Source: Heteronotia binoei | Taxonomy: Eukaryota | NCBI RefSeq assembly: GCF_032191835.1 | Contig: NC_083240.1 | Location: forward strand, 43,710,001-43,774,000 | Direction: 5' to 3' | Length of the DNA stretch: 64,000 bases | Shown: positions 1 to 11,391 of the stretch, piece after piece | How positions within the stretch are numbered: position 1 is the stretch's first letter | Layout of the letters: each line of letters begins with the position of its first letter | Position numbers and translations under genes: made by a program | The notes under the pieces: model-generated | Seen by the model: only the letters and a program-made list of their open reading frames with translations | Databases searched by the model: none | What the model was told of the DNA's origin: nothing

Positions 1-204
1 TGTTCTTCACATATGTCCTGAGCTGTGTAACTTTAAAGGCATATATCAGGCCATGCTAGAAACCTGAAGATGTATATTGGCTGTTATGCAGTAACCTCGG
101 CAATCAAAGTAACCAAGCCTAGCGTAGCCTCACAAACGCTGCAATTATGTAATTTCAAAATACCCCACATGTGGGCAAATCCTTTCTCAGCGTATTTCCT
201 GTAC

Positions 205-295
205 CTGACTAAAGAGCACTATGTTGTGAAGAACATGGCTTCTTCCCTGACATAAGACCACTTTCTGTACATAATTCTGATCTATCATAAACATA
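205..295 (-). CDS. Candidate internal exon of the unidentified minus-strand gene (MFMIDQNYVQKVVLCQGRSHVLHNIVLFSQ)
   Basis: tttgtAG acceptor at 297-296, CAG|GTacag donor at 204; 91 nt, open frame, phase 2 to phase 0. No homology recognised. Confidence 0.35.
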
Positions 296-390
296 CTACA
301 AACTTATTCTGTGTATTTAACCAATGTTTTCCATTCCATGAGCATATGTACACTTTTAAAACATAATCGGCAATGTACAACACTGCTATT

Positions 391-1085
391 GAGAGCCAGT
401 TTGATGTAGTGAGAGCCAGTTTGGTGCAGTGGTTAAATGCACGGACTCTAATCTGAGAGAACTGGGTTTGATTCCCCACTGCTCTACATGCAGCTGCTGG
501 TTTGACTTTGGGTCAATCAGTTCTTGAAATAGCTGCTTTTTCAAGAGTAGTTCTCAAAACAGCTCACTCATCCCCAACTACCTCACTGGTTGTCTGTTGT
601 GAGGAGAGGAAGGAAAAGAAGATATTGCATTTATATCCCGCCCTCCACTCTGAAGAGTCTTAGAGCGGCTCACAATCTCCTTTACCTTCCTCCCCTACAA
701 CAGACACCCTGTGAGGTGGGTGGGGCTGGAGAGGGCTCTCACAGCAGCTGCCCTTTCAAGGACAACCTCTGCCAGAGCTATGGCTGACCCAAGGCCATGC
801 TAGCAGGTGCAAGTGGAGGAGTGGGGAATCAAACCCAATTCTCCCGGATAAGAGTCTGCACACTTAACCACTATGCCAAACTAGCTCTGCAGATTTATAA
901 CCCACCCTTCTCTCTGAATCAGACTCACAATCTCCTATATCTTCTACCCCTACAACAGACACCCTGTGAGATGGGTGGAGCTAAGAGAGCTCTTACAGCA
1001 CCTGCCCTTTCCAGGACAACTCCTATGAGAGCTGTGGCTGACTCAAGGCCATTCCAGCAGCTGCATGTGGAGCAGTGGGGAATCA
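391..1085. mobile_element. Cluster of three Squam3-like tRNA-derived SINEs (one plus, two minus)
   Basis: Head gagagccagtttggtgcagtggttaa and body ccttgaaagggcagctgct/cctcacagggtgtctgttg matching ~15 other copies in the window. Confidence 0.85.
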
Positions 1086-1348
1086 AATATAAAGGAGATC
1101 GTAAGCCTCTCCGAGATTCCTTCGGGTAGTAAAGCGCAGGGTATCAAACCAGTCTCTTCTTCTTCTTTCTCTAGATTTATCTCCCTGGATTAGCCACTAT
1201 GACAGTCATGCAAGTAGGAGCCCACAAAGATCAGCTAGAATTTCTCCATACATGGCTGCCCATCTCTCACCTGCCACCTTCTCTGGCTGCGACCGGTTCT
1301 CCCCACAAGTCCATCTTGGAGTTCCCCCTGCTCTGACTGAACTTCATG

Positions 1349-3272
1349 AACCTCAGCTTGAGATCCTGCAGAGCCGCTGCCAGTCTGAGTAGACAATAAT
1401 GTCTTTAATGGACCAACGGTCTGATTCAGTAGAAGGCAGCTTCATATGTGAGAGGGACAGTGGCTCAGTGGTAGAGCATCTGCTTGGTAAGCAGAAGGTC
1501 CCAGGTTCAATCCCTGGCATCAACAATTAAAAAGGGTCTAGGCAAGTAAGCCTGAAAAACCTCAGCTTGAGGCCCTGGAAGAGCCGCTGACAGTCTGAGG
1601 AGACAAGTCTGACTTTGATGGACCAAAGAGGGTCTGATTCAGCTTCATATGACCAAAGAGGGTCTGAGACGGCAGCTTCATATGTCTAAGGGGAGGGTCG
1701 GTGGCTCAGTGGTAGAGCATTGGCTTGGTAAGCAAAGGTCCCAGGTTCAATCCCTGGCCCCTCCAACTAAGAAGGGTCTAGGCAAATAGGCGTGAAAAAC
1801 CTCAGCAAGACCCTGGAAAGCCTCTGCCAGTCTTAGATGGACTGAGGGTCTGATTCAGTAGAAGGCAGCTTCGTATGTTCATATGTAAACAAAAGGTCCC
1901 AGGTTCAATCCCCAGCATCTCCAACTAAAAAGGGTCCAGGCAAGTAGGCATGAAAAACCTCAGCTGGAGACCCTGGAGAGCCGCTGCCAGTCTGAGTGGA
2001 CAATACTGACTTTGATGGACCCAGGAGGGTCTGATTCAGTAGAAGGCAGTTTCATATGCTCATATATGTTGGAGAGGGACGGTGGCTCAGTGGTAGAGCA
2101 TCTGCTTGGTAAGCAGAAGGTCTCAGGTTCAATCCCTGGCATCTCCAATTAAAAAGGGTCCAGGCAATTAGGCGTGAAAAACCTCAGCTTGAGACCCCAA
2201 GAGCCTCTGCCAGTCTGAGTAGACTTTGATGGACCGAGGGTCTGATTCTGATTCAGTAGAAGGCAGCTTCATACATTCATATGTAAGCACAAGGTCCCAA
2301 GTTCAATTCCCCAACACCTCCAACTAACAAGGGTCCAGGCAAATCGGCGTGAAAAACCTCAGCTTGAGACCCTGGAGAGCCGCTGCCAGTCTGAGTAGAC
2401 AAGACTGACTTTGATGGACCCAGGAGGGTCTGATTCAGTAGAAGGCAGCTTCAGATCTAGAGATAGATAGCTAGACAGACAGACAGACAGATAGATAAAG
2501 GGAGGAGGGATGGTGGCTCAGTGGTATAGCATCTGCTTGGTAAGCAGAAGGTCCCAGGTTCAATCCCCGGCATCTCCAACTAACACGGGTCCAGGCAAGT
2601 AGGCGTGAAAAACCTCAGCTTGAGACACTGGAGAGCCGCTGCCAGTCTGAGTAGACAAGACTGACTTTGATGGACCCAGGAGGGTCTGATTCAGTAGAAG
2701 GCACCTTCAGATGTAGAGATAGATAGCTAGACAGACAGACAGACAGAGGAGGGATGGTGGCTCCGTGGTAGAGCATCTGCTTGGGAAGCAGAAGGTCCCA
2801 GGTTCAACCCCTGGCATCTCCAAAAAAGGGTCCAGGCAAATAGGTGTGAAAAGCCTCAGCTTGAGACCCTGGAGAGCCGCTGCCAGTCTGAGTAGACAAG
2901 ACTGACTTTGATGGACCGAGGAGGGTCTGATTCAGTGGAAGGCAGCTACATACATTCATATGTAAGCAGAAGGTCCCAGGTTCAATCCCCGGCACCTCCA
3001 ACTAACAAGGATCTGATTCAGTAGAAGGCAGCTTCAGATGTAGAGATAGACAGACAGACAGACAGAGGAGGGACGGTGGCTCAGTGGTAGAGCATCTGCT
3101 TGGGAAGCAGAAGGTCCCAGGTTCAATCCCTGGCATCTCCAAAAAAGGGTCCAGGCAAGTAGGTGTGAAAAACCTCAGCTGGAGAACCTGGAGAGCCGCT
3201 GCCAGTCTGAGAAGACAAGACTGGCTTTGATGGACCAAAGGTCTGATTCAGCACAAGGCAGCTCCAGATGTT
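1349..3272 (+). repeat. Head-to-tail array of ~10 Squam2-like tRNA-derived SINE units in intron 1 of the minus-strand gene
   Basis: Repeated gggacggtggctcagtggtagagcatctgcttggtaagcagaaggtcccaggttcaatcc (Pol III A/B boxes) ... ctgattcagtagaaggcagcttcatatg; full and 5'-truncated units; (GACA)n spacers. Confidence 0.92.
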
Positions 3273-3321
3273 CATCCGTGTTTATGGCGGGAGCGCGCGT
3301 CGCAGCTTGTCCCCGACTCAC

Positions 3322-3459
3322 CTCTTGGGCCCCGGTCGAGGTCGTCGTCGGCTTCCTCTTGGCCGCCCGTCTCTTCACCTTAATCCCGTAGGCGGCTCGG
3401 AGCTGCTGCTGCACGGCCAGTAGGGCCAGGCCTCTCCCGCGGTCTCCCCCGGCCGCCAT
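3322..3459 (-). CDS. First coding exon of an unidentified gene (MAAGGDRGRGLALLAVQQQLRAAYGIKVKRRAAKRKPTTTSTGAQE)
   Basis: ATG in good Kozak context (gggATGg) inside a CpG island, 46 open codons, consensus donor GAG|GTGAGT at 3321; gene runs off the left edge. Confidence 0.7.
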
Positions 3460-3700
3460 CCCAACAGCCCCCGCGCGGTCACCCCTCAGCCTCCGACGCC
3501 ACGCAACAGTTCCAACGCCCCGCCTCTGGATCCTCCGCTCTGATTGGCCCGCTGCCCCGTTCGAAATGGCAGGACCCCGCCAGCCCCCAACGGCTGGCGG
3601 GCTCCTATGATGGATGCCTGAACGTTTTTCTTTAGGATGATCGTGCGCGCGCGGTGATAAAAGGCTGCGGTAATGACGGGGGAACGGCATCTCAGGGTCT
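3460..3700 (-). promoter_or_regulatory. CpG-island promoter/5' UTR of the unidentified gene
   Basis: High CpG density, CCAAT box on minus strand (ATTGG at 3543-3547), GC box ccccgcc. Confidence 0.6.
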
Positions 3701-3808
3701 ATTGGGTCGTTAGCTGTTGTCTTTCCAGATGGGGGCGGAACCGTTGATTGTAAATTCAGGCGATCTCTGAGAACACCTAAGTGGCTCGTGCGCTTTATTT
3801 CTATAGGG

Positions 3809-4136
3809 CAGGGGTGGCCAAATTTGCTTAATATAAGAACCACTTAGAATAAACGTCAGAGAGCCGCCATATATGAATTTCAGATGTTTGAGAGCTGTAA
3901 GATATGAACATCAGATGTTGGAGAGCTGCAAGACAGGAAGGCAGGCAAATAAATGGGTGGAGAGGTGCAAAGAAAGCAACTTTAAATGCCTTTTCCAAGC
4001 TACCAACTGGCTTGGCTTGGAGAAGTTTTTTAAAGAGACAAATGTCTTCTCCAACAAGGCATTGCGGGGTTCAAGAGCCACACAATATATGTCAAAGAGC
4101 AACATTTAGCTCCCGAGCCACAGTTTGGCCCCCCTG
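3809..4136. mobile_element. Non-autonomous hAT DNA transposon (MITE)
   Basis: TIR caggggtggccaaa / tttggcccccctg; 8-bp TSD ctataggg / ctataggc; related copy at 19772-20089. Confidence 0.85.
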
Positions 4137-5064
4137 CTATAGGCTGTTTTTACACTGACAGCTTGCTTCTTTCCATATTGGAAAGTCACCTTTTACATTA
4201 CATAATGGGTTCAGCGCTGTCTTGCATCAGAGCTTCCTGAAACATCTACATTTGTTTAGGTGAAATAGATGCCAACTCCGCTGTTGCCTCAGTTTTCTTG
4301 AAACCAGTTTTGAACTGGGGTTTTCTGCAGATTCAGAGCTAAAGCTGTAAGTCTAAAAAAGCTTTCCTCCGAATTATTCAACTCCTCCCCAAAGCACGAT
4401 CTGACCCTAGCTCCTTATTGGATCTGGTTCTGAAATTATTTCCACTGCCTAAGGAGGAGGGGATGTTTGCCCAAACCAGTTACCATCCAAGTCCTGTATT
4501 CTGATGGTTTACCTGCCTAGTGTCCTATTCTGCTTCCAGTGCTGGCTTGTTGTACATCTTTTTCTGACTTTACTCACAAAGTTCTGAGGCTGAAAAGTTC
4601 TGAGGTTTCAGCCATTGCGATCCAGTTCTGCAGCTCGTGATCATTTTGGGAATTATCCTAAGCGAGTCTACTGAGAAGTAGGTTTAACCAGTGGTGGGAT
4701 TCAAATAAATTAACAACAGGTTCTATGTCCTAATGACCATTTAAACTATACCAAAAGATATACCGAAAGGTAGTTGAAGACATGTGTGGTCTGAAGGCTT
4801 GCTGAACAGCATGCTGAAGGTCCCAGGGTCGGTCCCTAACATTTCCATTTTAAAAAAGGTAGTTGGTGATATGGGAAAGAAGGCGACATGGTACAGCCAG
4901 GTTTCGTCAAGTCATGCAAGCTAAGCAGGCTCAGTACTTGGAAGGGAGACCACCAAGGAAGGCTCTGCAGAGGAAGGCCATGGCAAACCACCACTGCTTC
5001 TCACTCACCTTGGAATAATAGAATCACAGAGTTGCAAGGAACCTCCAGGTCATCTAGTCTTACC

Positions 5065-5255
5065 CAGCGTTCCCTCTAAGCTGAGTTAGTGTGGGCTAGC
5101 TCACAATTTTTTAGCCTCTGGCTTACACATTTTTGTCCTAACTCAGGAAAAATGGCCCCCAAGCAAACTAATTTATGCACTAGCTTGCATCTTTAATGCC
5201 AGTAGCACACAAAGAATTTTTGCTTACAAGACTCCACAGCTTAGAGGGAGCATTG
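5065..5255. mobile_element. hAT-type MITE, CAGTGTTCCCTCTAAGCTG family
   Basis: ~19-bp TIRs; TSD gtcttacc / gtctcacc. Confidence 0.85.
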
Positions 5256-5557
5256 GTCTCACCCCCTTGTATAATGCAGAAAATTTGCAAATACCTCCCT
5301 CTAGGTCCACAGGATCCGCATTGCTGTCTGATGGTCATCTATCCTCTGTTTTAAAACCTCCAAAAAACCACCACCTCCTGAGGTGGAAGCGGGGGTTCCC
5401 AATTTCGCACTCTCCTTCCCGCCCTCAAACAGCAATGTCCTCATGCGATATCACAGATGTGATGCTGTCACATGAAAGGGCAAGTTGACCGTAGAGTTTT
5501 GACATCAAACCAGAGCATCTTGTGCGATGTCACCAATGTGATGATGTCACTGCCATA

Positions 5558-5675
5558 CAGGGCTTTTTTGAGCAGGAACGCACAGGAACACAGTTCCGGC
5601 TGGATTGGCATCAGGGGGTGTGGCCTAGTATGCAAATGAGCCCCTGCTGGGCTTTTTCTACAAAAAAAAGCCCTA
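5558..5675. mobile_element. Short hAT-type MITE, CAGGGCTTTTT family
   Basis: TIR cagggcttttt / aaaaagcccta; TSD ctgccata / ctgccatg; second copy at 27197. Confidence 0.8.
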
Positions 5676-6205
5676 CTGCCATGAGTTTGTATGCAGAATC
5701 CCTCCCTCCCACCAGCAGAATGTGAGTACCTGGCAACCCTAAGGCACGTACATGCACAGGAGACAATGTGAAAGATGCCTACCTAATGCCCTGGAGAGCT
5801 GCTACCAGCGCCAGCCAAAGCAGACAAGACTGACCTTGAGAGACAGAAGGTAGCTTCAGGTGTAGATGTGTTAACTCCCCCCCCCCACATCAGCACTGCC
5901 TTGGTTTCTATGAGCAAAACTTGGTGGGAAATAAATAAATAATGCTTCTTTACGTATACTTTAAAGAACAAACACTGTCTAGGCTTCATAACCAACTCCA
6001 AGCAGGCTGCAAAGAGATCTGGGCCCTGATCCCTGGCCTGAGACCTGAAACAAGGGAGGCACGATTTCGTGAACCGACTTCTAGACCGTCTTTTGGCTGA
6101 ACATGGTCCCTCACTCTACTGCAGTAGAGTATATTCAAACAAATAATGGGCAGTATATTAGAGTCCCTGCAGTAGAGTATATTAGAACAGATCATGGATA
6201 ATAAA

Positions 6206-6468
6206 AAAGTTAAAGGCGGAAGTACCAGTCGTTTCCAACTCTGGGGTGACGTTGCTTTCACAACGTTTTCACGGCAGACTTTTTACGGGGTGGTTTACCA
6301 TTGCCTTCCCCAGTCATCTACACTTCCTCCCCCAGCAAGCTGGGACTCATTTGACTGACCTCGGAAGGATGGAAGGCTGAGTCAACCTCGAGCCGGCTAC
6401 CTGAACCGTGAGCAGAGGGCTCCGACTGCAGTACTGCAAGCTTTACCACTCTGCGCCACGGGGCTCTT
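6206..6468 (-). mobile_element. Sauria-type SINE (tRNA head, Bov-B/RTE-like tail)
   Basis: Reverse complement reads aagagccccgtggcgcagagtggtaaagc ... ggggaaggcaatgg ... ccccagagttggaaacgactgg. Confidence 0.85.
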
Positions 6469-6620
6469 ACAATGGACAATAAGGATTAAAGAAAAACCAC
6501 AAACACCATATTGCTACCTTTGAGTGCAATCACATGCTGCAGAGGCCTGGTTGGCGGCCTCCCAGCCCCATATTGGAACAAACCACAGCACCGCTGCTGC
6601 AAATTGACTGCAGTCGCTGG

Positions 6621-6801
6621 CAGTGTTCCCTCTAAGCTGAGTTAGTGTGAGCTACCTCACAGTTTTTAGCCTGGCTCACACATTTTTTTTGTCTTAGCTC
6701 AGGAAAAATGGCCCCAGAGCCAACTAATCTATGCAGTAGCTCACAACTTTGATGCCAGTAGAATTTTTGCTCATTTTTGCCCCAGTTTAGAGGGATTACT
6801 G
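6621..6801. mobile_element. hAT-type MITE, CAGTGTTCCCTCTAAGCTG family (degenerate right end)
   Basis: Left TIR exact, body matches 5065 copy; no clean TSD. Confidence 0.75.
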
Positions 6802-6962
6802 CTGGACAGAAAAGATGGCCTGAACTCTGGCACAAGAAACGGACTCTCGCGGTGCCAAGCTTCACCAAAATGCCCACCCCCTCTTATGGAGACTGTAAGA
6901 ACTGCAGGCGCGAAGGACGACTTGTCGCCACCTGCCATCTACCGGCAGAGAAGCTGAACATT

Positions 6963-7275
6963 GCAGGACTCAAATGTCACCTTTAAGACCAACCAAGTTT
7001 TATTGAGAACTTCAGCTTTTATGTGCTCTCTAAGCACACTTCATCAGACCAAGGGGATCAGGTATTGACTTACCTGCCTAGTGTCCTATTCTGCTTTCAG
7101 TCCTGGCTTGTTGTACATCTTTTTCTCAATACCTGATCCCCTCTTCTGATGAAGTGCTCTTAGAGAGCACACGAAAGCTTACGTTCTCAATAAAACTTGG
7201 TTGGTCTTAAAGGTGCCACTGGACTCCTGCTTTGTTCAACTGCTTCAGACCAACACGACTGCCCACTTGGATCTA
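6963..7275 (+). mobile_element. Penelope-like element terminus: inverted arm + 57-nt spacer + direct arm with hammerhead motif
   Basis: 6963-7068 is the reverse complement of 7126-7230; direct arm has ctgatga..gaaagcttacg and aataaa; flanks similar (ctaccggcagagaagctgaaca / ctatcggcacagaaactgttca). Confidence 0.75.
7143..7183 (+). ncRNA. Degenerate minimal type I hammerhead ribozyme motif
   Basis: CTGATGA-A-gtgctc/gagcac stem-ac-GAAA-GC-TT-ACG; stem I and the stem II junction are damaged relative to the 31748 copy. Confidence 0.45.
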
Positions 7276-8089
7276 TCGGCACAGAAACTGTTCAGGGTGT
7301 TGGGGCCAGCCGCCAGCGTTAACAACATGAGATTTTGGTTATGAGAGCTTCTGCACGAGAAATTTTTCTGCCCATGTTACAAGCTCACAAACAAGCCAGT
7401 TTTAGCACCAGGTTCCCCTTTTTCGTTCCCTGTAACCTAAAGTTACCCATGAATTGTGGGGGGGACCCCACATAAAATGCCAAGTTGTATGTTCCTGTTT
7501 TCCTCCATGAGCTTCTGGGGTGGTGGTGAGACATAGGATTTTAGAATTTTAAACGCTCGCTTGCTAAGTAATCTTGGGCCACTCACACGCTCCCAGCCCA
7601 GTCTACCTCATAGGGTTGTGGTGTGCATAAAATTGAGGAGAGGAGAATAATGTAAGCCACAATGGGTCCCTGGGAGTGAGAAGGGCAGGGTGTAAGTGAG
7701 GGAAATGAATCAGTGGTGCTTGTTTAAGGCTCTGGTGAGGAGCTTCCAGTCTGCAGAAATCCCAAGGAAACGATATACAAGATCTAGGTTTGCTTACAAG
7801 GAGATTGTAAGAAGCAATGATGGAGCTTACAGAAATAGCAGGCAAAGCTCCCATCCGCTGGGTCTTGAATGCAAACCTGCACAGTGAAACTTAGCCAAAC
7901 TCCGAGACAAAACACACAGCTAAAAACTAAGCATCTTCTATCCTCGTTGCTGGCTATGAGCCAGGAAATCATTAATCAAGCTACCCCCAAACACTGGGGT
8001 GAGCCAGACCATCCTGCACCTGGAGTCGAATGGTGAAAAGGACGGCTAGCAGGGAAGACCTCCAAGACGGCCTCCACAGACTGGGTGAG

Positions 8090-8270
8090 TGGGTGACAAT
8101 GTGGCAAATGAAGTTCAGTGTTGGTAAATGTTAGGTGGTGCACGCTGGGACAAAAAATCCCAGCTTCAGGTATAGACTAATGGGGTCTGAACTTGCTGGG
8201 ACTGAGAGGGGAAAAGATCTTGGGGTCACGGTGGATAGCTCAATGAAAGCGTCAACCCAGTGGGCTGCAG
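8090..8270 (+). mobile_element. CR1 LINE ORF2 fragment
   Basis: tggcaaatgaagttcagtgttggtaaatg ... gaaaagatcttggggtcacggtggatagc, typical post-RT CR1 sequence (WQMKF..KC; EKDLGV..D). Confidence 0.7.
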
Positions 8271-8990
8271 TCTTTCCTTTCCGTGTACCCTGAAAAACTC
8301 ATGGATTCGCCAATCCTGAGCAGCAGAGGACACTTATTTTTAATGCCAAAGGCATGAGACAAATTTCGCAATGACTAGAGTGATCTTAGGATCGTTATCA
8401 CTGAGGAAAAGAGGCAGGGTTTCCGAAGTGGGGGTGGGGGGGAAGGTTGGTTGAATAAAGGCTTACTATAGGAATCCTTCGTAACCTCAAGAAATCTGCA
8501 TTCTAGCAGAGCGTGAAAGGATGCCTCAATCCTGTTAAGGCCACAAGAGCAGATTCTGTCAGCGTAGAAACTATTTAAAAAATCTCCCTTGCAAAACCAT
8601 GGTAGGTATAATGTTCTGTCTTGCAAACAAAAATACTCTGCAGTAATGAGGCATGCTAAGTGCATATGAGGTTTTAAAAAAAAGATTTTGGGTAAGGGAG
8701 ACCAAAAAATGGGGGTGAGCTTACTCTGCGGGCTCTCGGGTTCAGACTACCATGGTTGATTTCAAGGATTCGCTTTCTGATTAGAGAAAATGCTTTGGGG
8801 TTTTGCCCATCTCAAAAATATTATCAATCGGCATTCTAACGTTCATCAGTTTTTCATCCAGGACTTTCATCCAGATTGATCTGTGGGTATCCTGATTTAA
8901 TGCGGCTAACAAACCATCTTCAGCAAAAGGCTGTTTCAATCTCAGTTTGAAGACAAAGAGCCATGCTCGCTTCCAAGAATATTAGTCTAA
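8265..8990 (-). mobile_element. Non-LTR retrotransposon 3' fragment with C-terminal Cys/His knuckle
   Basis: Minus frame DRICSCGLNRIEASFHALLEC; homologous plus-strand copy at ~32372-32645. Confidence 0.6.
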
Positions 8991-9004
8991 ATTTTTTGCT
9001 AGGA

Positions 9005-9395
9005 CACTGTATACGCAGTTGTGGAAGCAAGAAAAAATACCAGAGAAATGGGATTGGATTGTGAAAGTTTTATCATGGAGTGAGATGGATAAGTTAACAA
9101 GAACTTTAAGAGACTATGATTTAGACGTGTTTAAAAATGAGTGGAAGAGATTTAAAGGATATATAGAGCAAGAGTGGAACGTAAAAAGACATTGGACAAT
9201 TTTTTAGTATGAATGAGAAGAGAAAGACATTGAACTTTGATTGGTTGGGGGGTACCTTTATAATTGAACTCAAATATATAACTTCGGTGGAAGTCTAGTA
9301 ATGGAGGGAGGGGGGATTGAAAATATCATATGGGTTAGAGATAGAAAGGATATAATTAAATATTGTAACCATATGTTATCAATAAATTGTTAAGG
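9005..9395 (+). mobile_element. L1-type LINE 3' end
   Basis: WKQEKIPEKWDWIVKVLSWSEMDKLTRTLR..FKNEWKRF, the WK..P..W..E(M)DKLT C-terminus of reptile/fish L1 ORF2, then AT-rich UTR with AATAAA. Confidence 0.7.
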
Positions 9396-9786
9396 ACGTA
9401 AATTCTGCTCATAATACTGTTTGACACAGTAGGGAATCCTATAGACATAAAACTGGTTTCATTGGTTGGGACTGGGTGGGACTGCACTTCATCAAACTTT
9501 GGCCCATCAAACTATCAATCAAGAGTATTTGGTTGAGTCTGCTCCTCTCTCTAACCCAAGTGGCTGTTCCTACCCAGCAAAGCTGGTTTTGTCAGTGAAA
9601 GGCAAACAACCTTAGTTCTGGCAGTTACTGGCTCTCCCTACTCTCCTCCTATTGGCTGAACTGCCTGTTGCACTAATTCACAGAGGAGAGAAAGAAAACC
9701 TTCCTTTGATTTGCTGAGGGAGGGAGGAAGGGAGGGAGACAGCCAGAGAAAGGCTTCTCTTGATTGGCTGAGGACTCCTTCCTATT

Positions 9787-10290
9787 AAGAACATAAAAGA
9801 AGCCATGTTGGATCAGGGCCAGCACTCTGTCGCACAGTGGCCAAAAGAACCTGGCGCCATCAGGAGATCCAACAATGGGGCCAGGAAACTAGAAGCCCTT
9901 CTACTGCTGTCCCCCAAGCACCAAGAATAAAGAACATTACTGCCCCAGACAGATAGTTCCATCTATACCTCGTGGCTAATAGCCACTGACAGACTTCTGC
10001 TCTGTATGTTTATCCAATCCCTTGAAGCTGTCTTTGCTTGTAGCTGCCACCATTACCTGTGCAGTGAATTCCATGTGTTAATCACTCTTTGGATGAAGAA
10101 GCACTTCCTTTTATCTGTTCTAACCTGACTGCTCAGCAATTTCACTGAGTGTCCATGAGTGCTGGTACTGTGAGAAAAGGAGAAAAGTACTTTTTTTTCT
10201 CTACCCTCTCTATCCCATCCATAATCTTGTAAATCTCTGTCGTATCACCTCTTGGTCAATGTTTCTTCAAGCTAAAGAGCCCCAAGAGAG
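9787..10290 (-). mobile_element. CR1 LINE 3' end
   Basis: Begins taagaacataa (reverse of ttatgttctta tail); matches CR1 copies at 45688 and 55070. Confidence 0.85.
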
Positions 10291-11391
10291 AGACTATTGG
10301 GCTGAAAGGTATCACTACAGGCCTCTGAGGCAGAACTCATTCGGGCCAGTCATGGCTATGACTGCCAGTTCCAGGATCTCTGGTGGCATTTCAGGAGGGC
10401 ATAGCAGTTAGGGCTTCAGAGCAGGGTCTGCCAGATCCAGGTTCTTGCTTTGGAAGCTGACTGGGTGATTTTGGACCAGTCACAAACTTCCAGCCTAACC
10501 TGCCTTATAGAGTTGTGAGAAAAGAATGATGAAAGCTGCGTTGTAAAGACTGTCCTTTGCCTATGTAGTGGCTGCAGGGAGGGGGAAGGCAATGGAAATA
10601 TGAAGTCAGAGGGGCAGATAAAGGGAAGGAGATAGGGTTGCCAACTACAGGTTCAGAAATTCCTGGAGATTTAAGGGGTGGGGCCTGGAGAAGGTGGGGT
10701 TTGAGGATGGGTGGGACCTCAGACCGGCACAATGCCATTTTCCCCTGGGGAACCACTGTTGCCAAGCTCCAGGTGATTGCTGGGATCACTCAGAATTACA
10801 ACTGCCCTCCAAATGGCAGAGATCAGCACCTCTTGAGGTGTGTGGCACTAATCCTCTGAATCCCAGCGACAGGAGGCGACGTCAGGGAAGGGCCTTGACC
10901 TCTATGCCCTGTTGGCCATCCAGAGGAATTGATTGGCCACTGGATGCAGGACTAAATGGACTATTGGTCTGATCCAGCTCTTCTTATGTTTGCTTAATTA
11001 ATTAACACAGTTCCCATGTTGGCACCCCTAACAAGATTTCTGAGTTTAGTGGCAAGTAATTGTAATACTTTTGCTCCCTAGCAACATCCTAGCAACCTCA
11101 GGAGGAGGAGCCTGTCTCAGTGAAATAATCAGCAAAATGTTTAGGTACCTGGGGAGTTAACGTTTAACCTATAATTGGGGTGATTTTATGGCAACAGTAA
11201 TATGTCATGTTGAACTTTCTTGCTCTGTAATTGCAGTATGTGTGTATGGATGTGCGTTACTGTGTGTGTGAGGAGAGGGGAGAGAGAAATTCTACCTGCA
11301 TTATCCAGCTGAGCACTACGGGGTATATGGGGATTTAGAGAACCACAATCTTAAGCCTTTTAAAATCTGATTTTTTTCATTCTGCCCAATC

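Noticed and set aside
1451-1530. tRNA genes at SINE heads (ggtggctcagtggtagagc ... ggttcaatccc)
   Set aside because: No 3' acceptor stem; each head runs into a shared SINE body found in many copies
1349-3272. CRISPR-like or bacterial repeat array
   Set aside because: Vertebrate context, ~200-bp SINE units, no unique spacers or cas genes
3175-3843. 222-aa ORF as a full protein
   Set aside because: Starts at a non-ATG codon in the promoter and reads through a consensus donor into a SINE; only 3459-3322 is credible
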